Virus record (IMG/VR): IMGVR_UViG_2974736276_000001
Span: 111,775-175,774 of that record
DNA from: a virus
Lineage: Duplodnaviria > Caudoviricetes
Direction: 5' to 3' (one strand)
DNA length: 64,000 nucleotides
This document shows positions 55,890 to 64,000 of the stretch, in pieces. Positions within the stretch are counted from its first letter, which is position 1, and every line of letters begins with the position of its first letter. A program made the position numbers and the translations under genes. The notes under the pieces were generated by a model. It was not told where the DNA came from. It saw only the letters and a list, made by a program, of their open reading frames with translations, and ran no database searches.

Positions 55890-56072
55890 TTAATCCTCTA
55901 GAGGAAGATGTTTATTGACAAAGTCAACAGATTTTCGAGAGGCCTTAGAAATCTTCTCGTAGGCATATTCTGAACCTTCGCCCATCCAATACAATACACT
56001 TTCAAGCGCAAAGACTGCTGTGAAAAAAGGCAAAAGAATAATTCTTACTGTGAAATTTACTTTATTTTTCAT
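55890..56072 (-). CDS. small hypothetical protein
   Basis: 60-aa coupled ORF with hydrophobic N-terminus. Confidence 0.5.
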   Translation of the reverse strand: MKNKVNFTVRIILLPFFTAVFALESVLYWMGEGSEYAYEKISKASRKSVDFVNKHLPLED

Positions 56073-56389
56073 GATTTATTTACCAAATACTCTATCAATT
56101 TAATTCCAGCAAAAATGACTAATCCTGCTGCTAAAACACAAATTGCCACTGGAGCAATGAAGATCAATAACAAAATGATAAAGGTTAACATAACAGATAA
56201 AACTATAACAAGTCCAGGATCTTCATTTCCCCAAACATCATCGTGAATCTTTTTATTGTACTTCATGACAGATGCAAGCACGATCAAAAATAGCAGAAAT
56301 ACATAAACACCAATCACGAAGAAGTTTGGTGCAAGCGGCAACAGATATTCTACTCGCCATGTATCAAGAACTTGTTCAACAGGATTCAT
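56069..56389 (-). CDS. membrane protein
   Basis: 2-3 hydrophobic segments; start MNPVEQ is ATGA-coupled. Confidence 0.6.
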   Translation of the reverse strand: MNPVEQVLDTWRVEYLLPLAPNFFVIGVYVFLLFLIVLASVMKYNKKIHDDVWGNEDPGLVIVLSVMLTFIILLLIFIAPVAICVLAAGLVIFAGIKLIEYLVNKS

Positions 56390-56727
56390 TGGAACCACCA
56401 TTTAATTTTCTGCCACAGTGAAGGCTTTGACTTACCGATTTGTTTAAGTTCTGGTTCACGATGTTTCAGTGCTTCATTTTGTTGCCAGATAATTTCTGAT
56501 GCAGCATATGATACGAATGAACCGATAGCCTTTTGGAAAGTCGGATGACAATCTTCATAGACCAATTTGGTCACAGCATGATCATTCTGATAGAAGCATG
56601 AGTATGTGCCATGATAGCGAACAATACGACCAAGATACACTCCGCGGAACCAGATATCATGCACGTTACCAGAGTGAGACTTTTCCATGCAACGTTGCAG
56701 TTCATTCAAGATTTGGAACTTATTCAT
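56386..56727 (-). CDS. arn.4: Arn.4-like protein
   Basis: MNKF.ILNELQRC.EK....D.WFRG..G...SLWQKIK. Confidence 0.8.
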   Translation of the reverse strand: MNKFQILNELQRCMEKSHSGNVHDIWFRGVYLGRIVRYHGTYSCFYQNDHAVTKLVYEDCHPTFQKAIGSFVSYAASEIIWQQNEALKHREPELKQIGKSKPSLWQKIKWWFQ

Positions 56728-56737
56728 AATGACTTCC

Positions 56738-57106
56738 TCAGACTAATCCAGTTTTCTTGATGTCAATAACATCAATTTCAATATCATCACGGCGGTCTAC
56801 ATTTTCAATCAACCGATAGGCGAAAACATCCCTTGAGTGCCCCATGTGATTCCAGTGCCATGAATATGCAGGGTCAGGCCCGTCTTCACCACCATCAGAG
56901 AAACGCACCTCTAAAAGAGTGTCTTCATGAACAGGCATCACACCACCGTCCCACTCAATCCAGACATCATTTTCAATCTGCCGGTAGGTGTCCGTTTGGA
57001 TTTGACCGAGACGAACAAGAGCATTCGCTTCACTTGTTGCCGGAATCTGATAAGAGCTTTTACGACCATCGCGAGTGTAGTTAATCAAATACAGGTGTTG
57101 TTTCAT
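56738..57106 (-). CDS. hypothetical protein
   Basis: WIEW.GG.MPV...VEVRF.DG...W.W.H....D..AYR phage motif; GAGG SD. Confidence 0.65.
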   Translation of the reverse strand: MKQHLYLINYTRDGRKSSYQIPATSEANALVRLGQIQTDTYRQIENDVWIEWDGGVMPVHEDTLLEVRFSDGGEDGPDPAYSWHWNHMGHSRDVFAYRLIENVDRRDDIEIDVIDIKKTGLV

Positions 57107-57137
57107 AGTGATTTCCTCAAGTTAAGGGCCGAAGCCC

Positions 57138-57761
57138 TTAGAACAATGCTACGATTTTAGTCATGTTGTCACGAGTCAGTGGCATATCGATGTATGCATT
57201 TGAACCACCGATGCGATAAGTCATTCCAGCAGCTTCCAGCATATCCAGAGTTTCCTGAGGAACTTTGTAACCACCTACACGGAAGATTCCACGATTCAGT
57301 ACTTCAAAGCGGCGGATACCGTTTTTCTTATCGTTAACATTCACCAAGTAGTTGCTACGATCTTCAGTGACTGACTTAACTTCGAATTTCTCTTTGACCA
57401 TCGCTTTCAAGAATTCCATATCAGCTTTCATATCTTCAGTTAAACCACGTGGTTTGCGAGTTTTACGCTCTTTAACCAGTTCTGGTTTATTCTCTTCAGC
57501 GTAGATACGAGCTGCTTCATTCAGAAGATCAGTTGCTTCAGCAGTAATGATCAGACCTTCACCAGATTTTTCAATCAGACCTTTCTTGATCAGAACACCA
57601 ATGTTGCTGTTAACTGAAGAAGCTGAGAGAGTTTCTTCCAGTTTTTCACGAACTTCTGCTGAAGAGATGAAGTTCTGTTTAGCGATAACGATCAGTACGT
57701 TAGCAGCATTTTCAGAAACAGAATCTTTAGAAGCTTTGATGATGTAAGTTACTTTAGACAT
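57138..57761 (-). CDS. motA: MotA middle transcription activator
   Basis: MSKVTYIIKAS...VNSNIGVLIKKGL.EKSG.GL. Confidence 0.96.
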   Translation of the reverse strand: MSKVTYIIKASKDSVSENAANVLIVIAKQNFISSAEVREKLEETLSASSVNSNIGVLIKKGLIEKSGEGLIITAEATDLLNEAARIYAEENKPELVKERKTRKPRGLTEDMKADMEFLKAMVKEKFEVKSVTEDRSNYLVNVNDKKNGIRRFEVLNRGIFRVGGYKVPQETLDMLEAAGMTYRIGGSNAYIDMPLTRDNMTKIVALF

Positions 57762-57806
57762 TTTGAATCTCCATTATGTTTTAATCAATTTGTTTGGTAT
57801 GTAGCT

Positions 57807-57836
57807 ATAATACTACTTGTGCTTTAGCTTGTACAC
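57807..57836 (-). promoter_or_regulatory. early promoter for motA
   Basis: GTGTAC-18-TATTAT. Confidence 0.75.
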
Positions 57837-57886
57837 TACTTTTTCAAAGATTCTGCAAAAATTTTCACAGAACCTTTTGAAAAGTG

Positions 57887-58177
57887 TTATTCAGCAAAGC
57901 TCTCACGAGCAATTTTTTCATTGGCGAATGCTTCGCCTTCTTGAATCCAACTACCTTTTAAGGTCTTTGGATCAATGACTGCTTCAGTGATGAACCAGGC
58001 ATTTTCATCTTTGTTATAACCAATAACTTTGTAGTACATGTTATCTTCAAGATCAGTGCTTACGTACTTGGCATCTACCAACATTTCTTTAAGCATGCGA
58101 TATTCTGGAGAATACAGCACTTCTTCACGAGGAAATTCTAAACCTAATACGATAGCTTCAATGATTACGTTGATCAT
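57887..58177 (-). CDS. hypothetical early protein
   Basis: GGAG SD; promoter GTGTAC (58230-58235) / TAGTAT (58207-58212). Confidence 0.65.
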   Translation of the reverse strand: MINVIIEAIVLGLEFPREEVLYSPEYRMLKEMLVDAKYVSTDLEDNMYYKVIGYNKDENAWFITEAVIDPKTLKGSWIQEGEAFANEKIARESFAE

Positions 58178-58240
58178 GGGATTTCTCCATTGTGGTTGAT
58201 GTAGCTATACTAACATATCTAAAGCAGATGTACACCGTTT

Positions 58241-58417
58241 TTACCAAGAAAAATGATTTTCTAACTGAGGTGTAATATGATTGATAATCTCCTCAGCTGT
58301 GTTAAAATCAGTATCTTCTCTTTTAGCAAATTCTACTAACAGTGCAAATGCTTCTTCATTATTAAAAATATTTTCAGCAGAAAGTTCGTCAAAGAACTTC
58401 TTGGTTAATTTAATCAT
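58241..58417 (-). CDS. hypothetical early protein
   Basis: GGAG SD; promoter ATTTAC (58470-58475) / TACTAT (58447-58452). Confidence 0.55.
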   Translation of the reverse strand: MIKLTKKFFDELSAENIFNNEEAFALLVEFAKREDTDFNTAEEIINHITPQLENHFSW

Positions 58418-58567
58418 TTTTAACTCCATCAAGTTTTGATAAAGCTATAGTATCAAAACGATAGAGGATGTAAATGGCTAAGAGTAAAATATTTTTGGCT
58501 CCCCAGAGTGATTCTGGGGACACCAATTAGGAAGGATGATAGATTATATTCGGAAGGGATTAAAGTC

Positions 58568-58801
58568 TTACGGGCGCTTCTGGTTAAACAGATCAACAAT
58601 TTTACTGATTCCATAGCCGATAAGACCGACCAAGAACAGAATACCTGCCCAGATTGCAAAAATTGCTGCAGAGAACATCATCACGATGAATGGGCTCAAT
58701 GCAACTATAAAGAGTGATGCCAGGATTGAACCTGCTGTTCCCAGTCCAATTAAGAAGTGGAAGAACGAGAACAGAATGATAAAGTAAATGATGAATTTCA
58801 T
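58568..58801 (-). CDS. membrane protein
   Basis: Very hydrophobic 77 aa; ATGA-coupled to gene 52. Confidence 0.6.
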   Translation of the reverse strand: MKFIIYFIILFSFFHFLIGLGTAGSILASLFIVALSPFIVMMFSAAIFAIWAGILFLVGLIGYGISKIVDLFNQKRP

Positions 58802-60186
58802 ATGGCTTCTAAGTCCTTAACATATTCGATTTCAGGAGAGGTTTTCTTCCAATACTCGTGTTGAGACTTAAGTTCTTTTGCCTGTTCAGCAAGTTTCTTA
58901 GCTTCATCAGAAGTAATGTGATAGATATTCATCGACACCAAACGATCAACGTAAGGTTCCCATGATGTATTATGAGCTACAATTTCAGATACTAGCTGTG
59001 CTCGAGTTTTCTTTTGAATGACGATATCACCATCAATCACTGCTTTAATGAACTGAACTTTCGCCAATGCAAATTCAAATGCATCTTTAGTTTCTTCAAT
59101 TTTATTCTTGATACGAATATCAATAAATGTCTTACGAACTGAAACAAAGTGACGAATTAGATCTGAAGCACGATCAAATTCTTTCAGCTTTCCATCTTCA
59201 CCAATAACAGTCAAGTTCTGAGAACGACGCTCAATAAGAGCAAAATCTTTCATGATTTTTTCATGACGTTCTTCTTCAGTCTCACCTAGAATGTATTCTT
59301 TTTTGAACTTAACCAAGAATCCAAATCCAGACTTAGAACAATCATCGTCATAAGTGATAAAGCCATCGTCTTCTAATTTATCGAGAACTTTTTCAACATA
59401 AGTTGCACGATCAAAACGATATGGAAGTTCAGTAATACGAATAGCCTTACGAGAAACCCAGTCGTAAGTCCCTTGCAATTCATACTTACCGAGTTCAGTA
59501 CAAATAACCTTTCCTTTGAACTCTGGGAAAGACACTTCAGGTTCTTTATCGAGAGTTCCATTCAATGCTGCTAAGGTGCATTCTTTTACTGATTCAAGAG
59601 AATGAGGAAGAATGTCTGTAGCATAGCCTGTCGCGATTCCTTTAATACCATTCAGAAGAACTGTGGGAATAATAGGCAAATAGAATTTTGGTGGAACATG
59701 TTCAACATCTTCATGCTCTGGAGCATATTCATTATCTTTATACAACTTGTAGAAGTTGTTAGACACACGGCCAAAGATATAACGTGATGCTGCTGCTTCT
59801 TGTACTAAACGAGAACCGAAGTTGCCTTGACCATCAAGTAAAGGAACGTTGTTATTCCAAGTGTTAGCCATTAGTGCTGCTGCTTCTTGAGCTGCGCCTT
59901 CAGCATGATGATAACCGAGATCAGCGATACCGCCTGCAATAGATGCAAGTTTATGGAACTTATCTTTATTACCACGAGCCATTAGAAGTGATCGTGCAAT
60001 AATGAATCGATGAACTGGCTTAAATCCATCAATCATATTTGGAATAGCACGTTCTTCAAGAGAATACATTGCATAGGCCAATGCTTCTTTATCGATAATA
60101 TCTGACAAGCTACGATCATTTGACGATGTCAATGAATCATCAAGTTGTTTTGTCGCCAGATCTAAAAAATCTAAACTCATAGTCAC
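58798..60186 (-). CDS. 52: gp52 DNA topoisomerase II medium subunit
   Basis: RAIPNMIDGFKPV.R; YHH.E; GQGNFGSR...AASRYI (active Tyr). Confidence 0.97.
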   Translation of the reverse strand: MTMSLDFLDLATKQLDDSLTSSNDRSLSDIIDKEALAYAMYSLEERAIPNMIDGFKPVHRFIIARSLLMARGNKDKFHKLASIAGGIADLGYHHAEGAAQEAAALMANTWNNNVPLLDGQGNFGSRLVQEAAASRYIFGRVSNNFYKLYKDNEYAPEHEDVEHVPPKFYLPIIPTVLLNGIKGIATGYATDILPHSLESVKECTLAALNGTLDKEPEVSFPEFKGKVICTELGKYELQGTYDWVSRKAIRITELPYRFDRATYVEKVLDKLEDDGFITYDDDCSKSGFGFLVKFKKEYILGETEEERHEKIMKDFALIERRSQNLTVIGEDGKLKEFDRASDLIRHFVSVRKTFIDIRIKNKIEETKDAFEFALAKVQFIKAVIDGDIVIQKKTRAQLVSEIVAHNTSWEPYVDRLVSMNIYHITSDEAKKLAEQAKELKSQHEYWKKTSPEIEYVKDLEAI

Positions 60187-60206
60187 CTCTTATTTGGAAG
60201 TCTATT

Positions 60207-60389
60207 TTATACTACTTCCTGTGTAGCAGAAGGAGGAACATCGTCATCGTCTTTAAATGTCCACCAAGTCATAAATCCAATTATTGCTAAAGTACAAAAT
60301 GTAGCAGGGAAAGACAAGTTAAACAGAGCAGAAAGTAATAGCCCAAGAGTAATCTCCAACAGAATGACGAAATTGGTTTTCCAGTTCAT
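60207..60389 (-). CDS. small membrane protein (52.1/ac region)
   Basis: Two hydrophobic segments. Confidence 0.55.
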   Translation of the reverse strand: MNWKTNFVILLEITLGLLLSALFNLSFPATFCTLAIIGFMTWWTFKDDDDVPPSATQEVV

Positions 60390-60416
60390 AATATTCTCAC
60401 AAAAGGGCCGAAGCCC

Positions 60417-60572
60417 TTAACTTTTATTAGAAATCCAAACAACAAATGATGAGAGTGTATTGAGAATAAACAGTGCTAAAGTTGCGCCCCATGAAGGAAC
60501 CCAAACGCCTGCAATAATCAATGTACATGAAATCAAGAAAAAGATAAAGATTAAGAATTGAATACCTTTCAT
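60417..60572 (-). CDS. small membrane protein (ac-like position, 51 aa)
   Basis: Manual translation MKGIQFLIFIFFLISCTLIIAGVWVPSWGATLALF... Confidence 0.5.
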   Translation of the reverse strand: MKGIQFLIFIFFLISCTLIIAGVWVPSWGATLALFILNTLSSFVVWISNKS

Positions 60573-60745
60573 TTATGATTCCTAAAAATAATTTCAATTA
60601 GACCAACTAACGCATTTAGTGCAAATGAGATAGCCATTAATGTTATCACATTATCATTGGATGGAACACCCAAAGACAGAAATGCACCAAATACAACCCA
60701 AACAGCCGTCATACAAAGATGGAATAATGCCTTAAATGTATTCAT
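60569..60745 (-). CDS. small membrane protein (58 aa)
   Basis: Manual translation MNTFKALFHLCMTAVWVVFG..., TAATG-coupled to ndd. Confidence 0.5.
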   Translation of the reverse strand: MNTFKALFHLCMTAVWVVFGAFLSLGVPSNDNVITLMAISFALNALVGLIEIIFRNHK

Positions 60746-61176
60746 TATTTCTGAAGAGTGAATTTGAAGTTATCACCAAGAATCTGATTCACTTCAGTCA
60801 GTGTTTGATAAGGGCTCTGATAAGAGCGAGTAAATGCCATAGCAATTTGACCTTTGCCATTGCCGGTAGTCAATGGCTTCATTTTGTCAGCATGCAAGAA
60901 GTAAACATCATAAGTTCCGCGGCGAAGCATCTGTGCGACGTAGGTGCAGTCAACACGATTGATGTTACCAATGATTCCATTCAGACCTTGCTTAGAACGC
61001 TGACGACCAGCAAAGAATCGTGCATCGACAAGCTGAGTCTTTTTGTTCACAAAGAAATAAAAGCCCGGTTGACTATTATCATGCGAAGTAGCATATGGCA
61101 TTTTGCCTTTAACTACTTGAGCAATGTTATCAGCACCAGCAGTAGTAAGAGTGTTCAAAGTCATAATAGATTTCAT
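60745..61176 (-). CDS. ndd: Ndd nucleoid disruption protein
   Basis: PGFYF; ARF..GRQRSKQG; KMKPLTTG.GKGQ.A.AFTR; DNFKF.LQ. Confidence 0.94.
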   Translation of the reverse strand: MKSIMTLNTLTTAGADNIAQVVKGKMPYATSHDNSQPGFYFFVNKKTQLVDARFFAGRQRSKQGLNGIIGNINRVDCTYVAQMLRRGTYDVYFLHADKMKPLTTGNGKGQIAMAFTRSYQSPYQTLTEVNQILGDNFKFTLQK

Positions 61177-61215
61177 AATATTCTCTCTTGATTGATTAAT
61201 TTAAACTCCGTGGAC

Positions 61216-61241
61216 ATTATACCATGCCCAGGGTAAAGCAA
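61216..61241 (-). promoter_or_regulatory. middle promoter for ndd
   Basis: TTGCTT MotA box, 14 nt, TATAAT. Confidence 0.6.
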
Positions 61242-61655
61242 TTACTTAACATCTACACGAATATCTGGAACGATAGTCTGTGGACGGAATTGAACACGAT
61301 AATAGTATGTTGACACAGTCGATGGTTGAACTTGTTCCATGAACCAAGTAACGTTGTCAGAAAGACCAAGCATATGTTTCTTGTATTCGTTTGGACCAAC
61401 CTTACACACTACACCCAGAGTATGATCTGTGCTTGAGTTGTCCTTAGAGCAAAGGCCTTCAATAGACAAAACATAATCACCGGTGATTCCGTTATAGAAC
61501 ACAAAACGGCGTGATACTTCAAAGTTGTCTGAAGCTGTTGAAAGGTTGCGTGAAGCTACATCCGCTGCTTTTTCGCAGCCGATAAGAGTTGCTGCACTAA
61601 CCAAAATTGCCAATGACGCGATGGCTGTGTTGAATTTGCTGTGCCATTTTTTCAT
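61242..61655 (-). CDS. lipoprotein
   Basis: Signal peptide with LIGC lipobox; AD.AS.NLS..SDNFEV.RR.VFYNGIT..Y.L.IEG.CS phage lipoprotein pattern. Confidence 0.75.
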   Translation of the reverse strand: MKKWHSKFNTAIASLAILVSAATLIGCEKAADVASRNLSTASDNFEVSRRFVFYNGITGDYVLSIEGLCSKDNSSTDHTLGVVCKVGPNEYKKHMLGLSDNVTWFMEQVQPSTVSTYYYRVQFRPQTIVPDIRVDVK

Positions 61656-61777
61656 AGTATTCCCCAATAATGTAAGTTAATGCTTATAACATCCCAGAGT
61701 AGAGCGAATATGAATGTTCCTACCAAGGCAGACAGAATCAAAAAGTTCTTAATGATAGTCCAGATAGTTGATAACAT
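61652..61777 (-). CDS. small membrane protein (41 aa)
   Basis: Manual translation MLSTIWTIIKNFLILSALVGTFIFALLW...; GGAG SD. Confidence 0.5.
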   Translation of the reverse strand: MLSTIWTIIKNFLILSALVGTFIFALLWDVISINLHYWGIL

Positions 61778-61816
61778 ATTCGCTCCTTATTTGATAAGGC
61801 TATTCTATCAAATAAT

Positions 61817-62017
61817 TTATTGTTTGTGAACTACTTTGTGATCAGCGATTTTAGTTTCGCCTTGGAAAATTTTGCAATGACCACCGTTTACTTCAGCGTA
61901 TTGTCGCGCAATCCAATCAGCGTCACTAGAGAAAATTTTCTTTTCAAAGGTCGAAAAACGATCTTCGCCTTCAATTTTAAACCAAACCATGATGCATACA
62001 TCGATAAGTGGCGGCAT
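61817..62017 (-). CDS. hypothetical early protein
   Basis: GAGG SD; promoter GTGTAC (62067-62072) / TAGGAT (62043-62048). Confidence 0.6.
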   Translation of the reverse strand: MPPLIDVCIMVWFKIEGEDRFSTFEKKIFSSDADWIARQYAEVNGGHCKIFQGETKIADHKVVHKQ

Positions 62018-62072
62018 AATATTTTCCTCAAGTAGAGAGGCTATCCTATCATCAAGGATAGCCGATGTACAC

Positions 62073-62339
62073 TTAAACTGATTCGAAGTACTCTAACAGA
62101 TCGTTGTAAGAGCTCATATCGTTTGCACAGTACCATTCACGAATGAACTTGTGAAGATCTTCTTTCTCGCCAGAGAACTCAATTTCTGGCCAACCGCCAG
62201 GACCTTCTGCATCGATAATTTTCAATTCGATGTTCCACTTAGCAGAAAAATCGGCCTGAGTTTCTGTTTCATGCTCGAACTCAAAGTTGCCCTTTTCATC
62301 AATTTCTACTACAACATCTAAGATGATTTTCTGTTTCAT
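62073..62339 (-). CDS. acidic hypothetical early protein
   Basis: Start MKQKIILD; GPGG.PE..F.G motif; promoter GTGTAC (62393-62398) / TATTAT (62370-62375). Confidence 0.65.
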   Translation of the reverse strand: MKQKIILDVVVEIDEKGNFEFEHETETQADFSAKWNIELKIIDAEGPGGWPEIEFSGEKEDLHKFIREWYCANDMSSYNDLLEYFESV

Positions 62340-62397
62340 TGTGAAGCTCCATTTGTTTGGTGTGGAGCTATAATAACACAATGAAAGTGAGTGTACA

Positions 62398-63009
62398 CTA
62401 CTTTGTGAAAATTTTATGAGCTAAAGTTTCATCATGCAATCGCCTGCCTGACAGGTACCAACCCTCATGCTTGCTCTTTAATACAACGCCAGTATTTGGT
62501 AGCATAGACTCTTTGTCAGATAGCATCCACGGAGTCATCTCAAAGACATCAGGTTCAATTTCTTTAGTCTTGAATATGATTATAAGGTCTGCTACTGGGA
62601 AGTTAAGAAAAGGCCCTAGATTAATCCCTGTGCCACCGGGATAGTGACCAAAGGCTCCAGAAGTTACACCTACCCAACGAGAGTTAGTCTGATGAGTTTT
62701 CACTTCAATTCGCAGTCCAGAGTACTTAGGATGTGCTATAACATCATATGCATATGTATATGGGTCAGACAATTCTTCAAGACCGCGATTGACATAGCCT
62801 GCGAGCCAATGAGCAACGTAGTACTCTGCTAATGTAGCGATAGTACACTTCTTGATGCATTCTCTTGGGTCTTGGTCCGGAGACATTCTCATTGAATAAA
62901 GAACAGTGTCTTTAATCTTTACTTTAATTTCAGGGGTGATATCATTTTTGGTAAAAATTTTAGAAGGGATTTCTGACAGACGTTGCCATCCGGGATTGGT
63001 AATAATCAT
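62398..63009 (-). CDS. denB: Endonuclease IV
   Basis: KIKDTV.YSM...P.QD; DPYTYA.DV.AHP.Y.GLRIEVKTHQ. Confidence 0.92.
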   Translation of the reverse strand: MIITNPGWQRLSEIPSKIFTKNDITPEIKVKIKDTVLYSMRMSPDQDPRECIKKCTIATLAEYYVAHWLAGYVNRGLEELSDPYTYAYDVIAHPKYSGLRIEVKTHQTNSRWVGVTSGAFGHYPGGTGINLGPFLNFPVADLIIIFKTKEIEPDVFEMTPWMLSDKESMLPNTGVVLKSKHEGWYLSGRRLHDETLAHKIFTK

Positions 63010-63025
63010 AATGTCCTCATATGAC

Positions 63026-63045
63026 AAAGGGGCCGAAGCCCCTTT
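63026..63045 (-). terminator. rIIB terminator
   Basis: AAAGGGGC-TTCG-GCCCCTTT. Confidence 0.8.
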
Positions 63046-63048
63046 CAA

Positions 63049-63972
63049 TTAAAACTTGCTAGTTACTTCTTCAATGACAGTATAACCTGCAGTACGCATT
63101 TTAGCGTTGTTGTAATCAACCGGGATTGACACAACATCTTTTGGATGAACAAGAACTGAAACTACTTTATCGCTGCCAGTACCACCCCAAGAACCGAAGT
63201 GACCGAGATAAGATTTAGAGCAAACGTGCAGACCGTGAGAACAAGTCACTTCATCATCTTCATCTACTTGGTTACGTTCAACACGAACTTCTTTACCAGG
63301 AGAGTTGTCCATGGTGCCAGTGTAAACATCGTGGAAGTTGCTACGAACTTTCTTCCAGGCAATGAAGTAACCTTCTTTGGTGATTTCAATATCGTTAGCT
63401 TCCAAGAAGTCAAACAGACGATATACTGCTTTACGTGATGGATTTTCCAACAGATTATGCAGGAATGGCAGAAGGAATTTAAAATCTTTACCTTCATTCA
63501 TCAGCTGAATAATACGATCAGTCAGACCAGTACGCAGTTCAATATCTTTGAAGAACAGTTGACCATCTTCAATACGAATATCACCATCAACGAAACGAGT
63601 AACTGCTTGTTCAATGTTGATAACGTCCAGAGCTTCTAGAACTTTATTATCAAAGAGAAGCTGCAGAGCCTGTTTGAAGCCAGGATGATCTTTATCTGCG
63701 TTATAAGTATCGCGACCTACAGTGATTGAAATGAACTTACTTGAAGCATTCCACACTGGTTCAGGAGCTTTTACTTCAGCTTTAACAGGAACAGCTACTG
63801 GGCGAGGTTTTACGAATACTACAGTATCGCTAGTCGCAGATTCTTTAACCACACGAGCAATAGTATCAGCAGAAACGCTGAATTTTTCTGCCAGACTCTT
63901 TAGAGTTTGACCATGTTTACGACCTGCTACGATAGAAGCTTTTTGTTTATCATTCAGAATTTTAACAGTCAT
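63049..63972 (-). CDS. rIIB: RIIB protein
   Basis: N-terminal HTH; WNAS.KFISIT; NPS...V.RLFDFL; CS.GLHVC; P.DVVSIP.DYN.AKMR. Confidence 0.97.
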   Translation of the reverse strand: MTVKILNDKQKASIVAGRKHGQTLKSLAEKFSVSADTIARVVKESATSDTVVFVKPRPVAVPVKAEVKAPEPVWNASSKFISITVGRDTYNADKDHPGFKQALQLLFDNKVLEALDVINIEQAVTRFVDGDIRIEDGQLFFKDIELRTGLTDRIIQLMNEGKDFKFLLPFLHNLLENPSRKAVYRLFDFLEANDIEITKEGYFIAWKKVRSNFHDVYTGTMDNSPGKEVRVERNQVDEDDEVTCSHGLHVCSKSYLGHFGSWGGTGSDKVVSVLVHPKDVVSIPVDYNNAKMRTAGYTVIEEVTSKF

Positions 63973-64000
63973 TTATTTTACCTTTCATGGAGGCACTTGG

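Noticed and set aside
975-63910. Many 60-150 aa antisense or alternate-frame ORFs in the track (e.g. 18027-18383, 36555-36944, 60736-61191)
   Set aside because: They lie within well-supported genes, lack SDs or motifs, and look like codon-bias shadows

Overview
This window is a 64-kb stretch of a T4-like (Tevenvirinae/Straboviridae) myophage genome, syntenic with T4 from the gene 24.3/hoc region to rIIB. The order is: hoc/inh, uvsW/uvsY, baseplate hub genes 25-26-51-27-28-29-48-54, alt, DNA ligase, the 30.x genes, rIII, 31, cd, pseT, spanins, alc, rnlA, denA, nrdB, an HNH endonuclease, nrdA, td, frd, 32-59-33-dsbA-rnh, long tail fibre genes, holin t, asiA, motA, 52, ndd, denB and rIIB. T4-type early (GTTTAC/GTGTAC), middle (MotA box) and late (TATAAATA) promoters and UUCG terminators are visible. 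There are five main departures from T4. (1) The hoc locus holds three tandem, progressively diverged Hoc capsid-binding-domain genes followed, apparently in the same late operon, by a 926-aa tailspike/EPS-depolymerase-like protein. This is a candidate capsid-displayed depolymerase system. (2) A ~330-nt, densely structured, ORF-free region lies between rIII and the basic protein 30.9. (3) A single short gp36-37 fusion fibre is followed by a Tfa-type chaperone. (4) There is an early Arr-like ADP-ribosyltransferase. (5) arn.1 is frameshifted at an A7 run. Gene calls come from recalled family motifs plus synteny; no database searches or folding programs were run.
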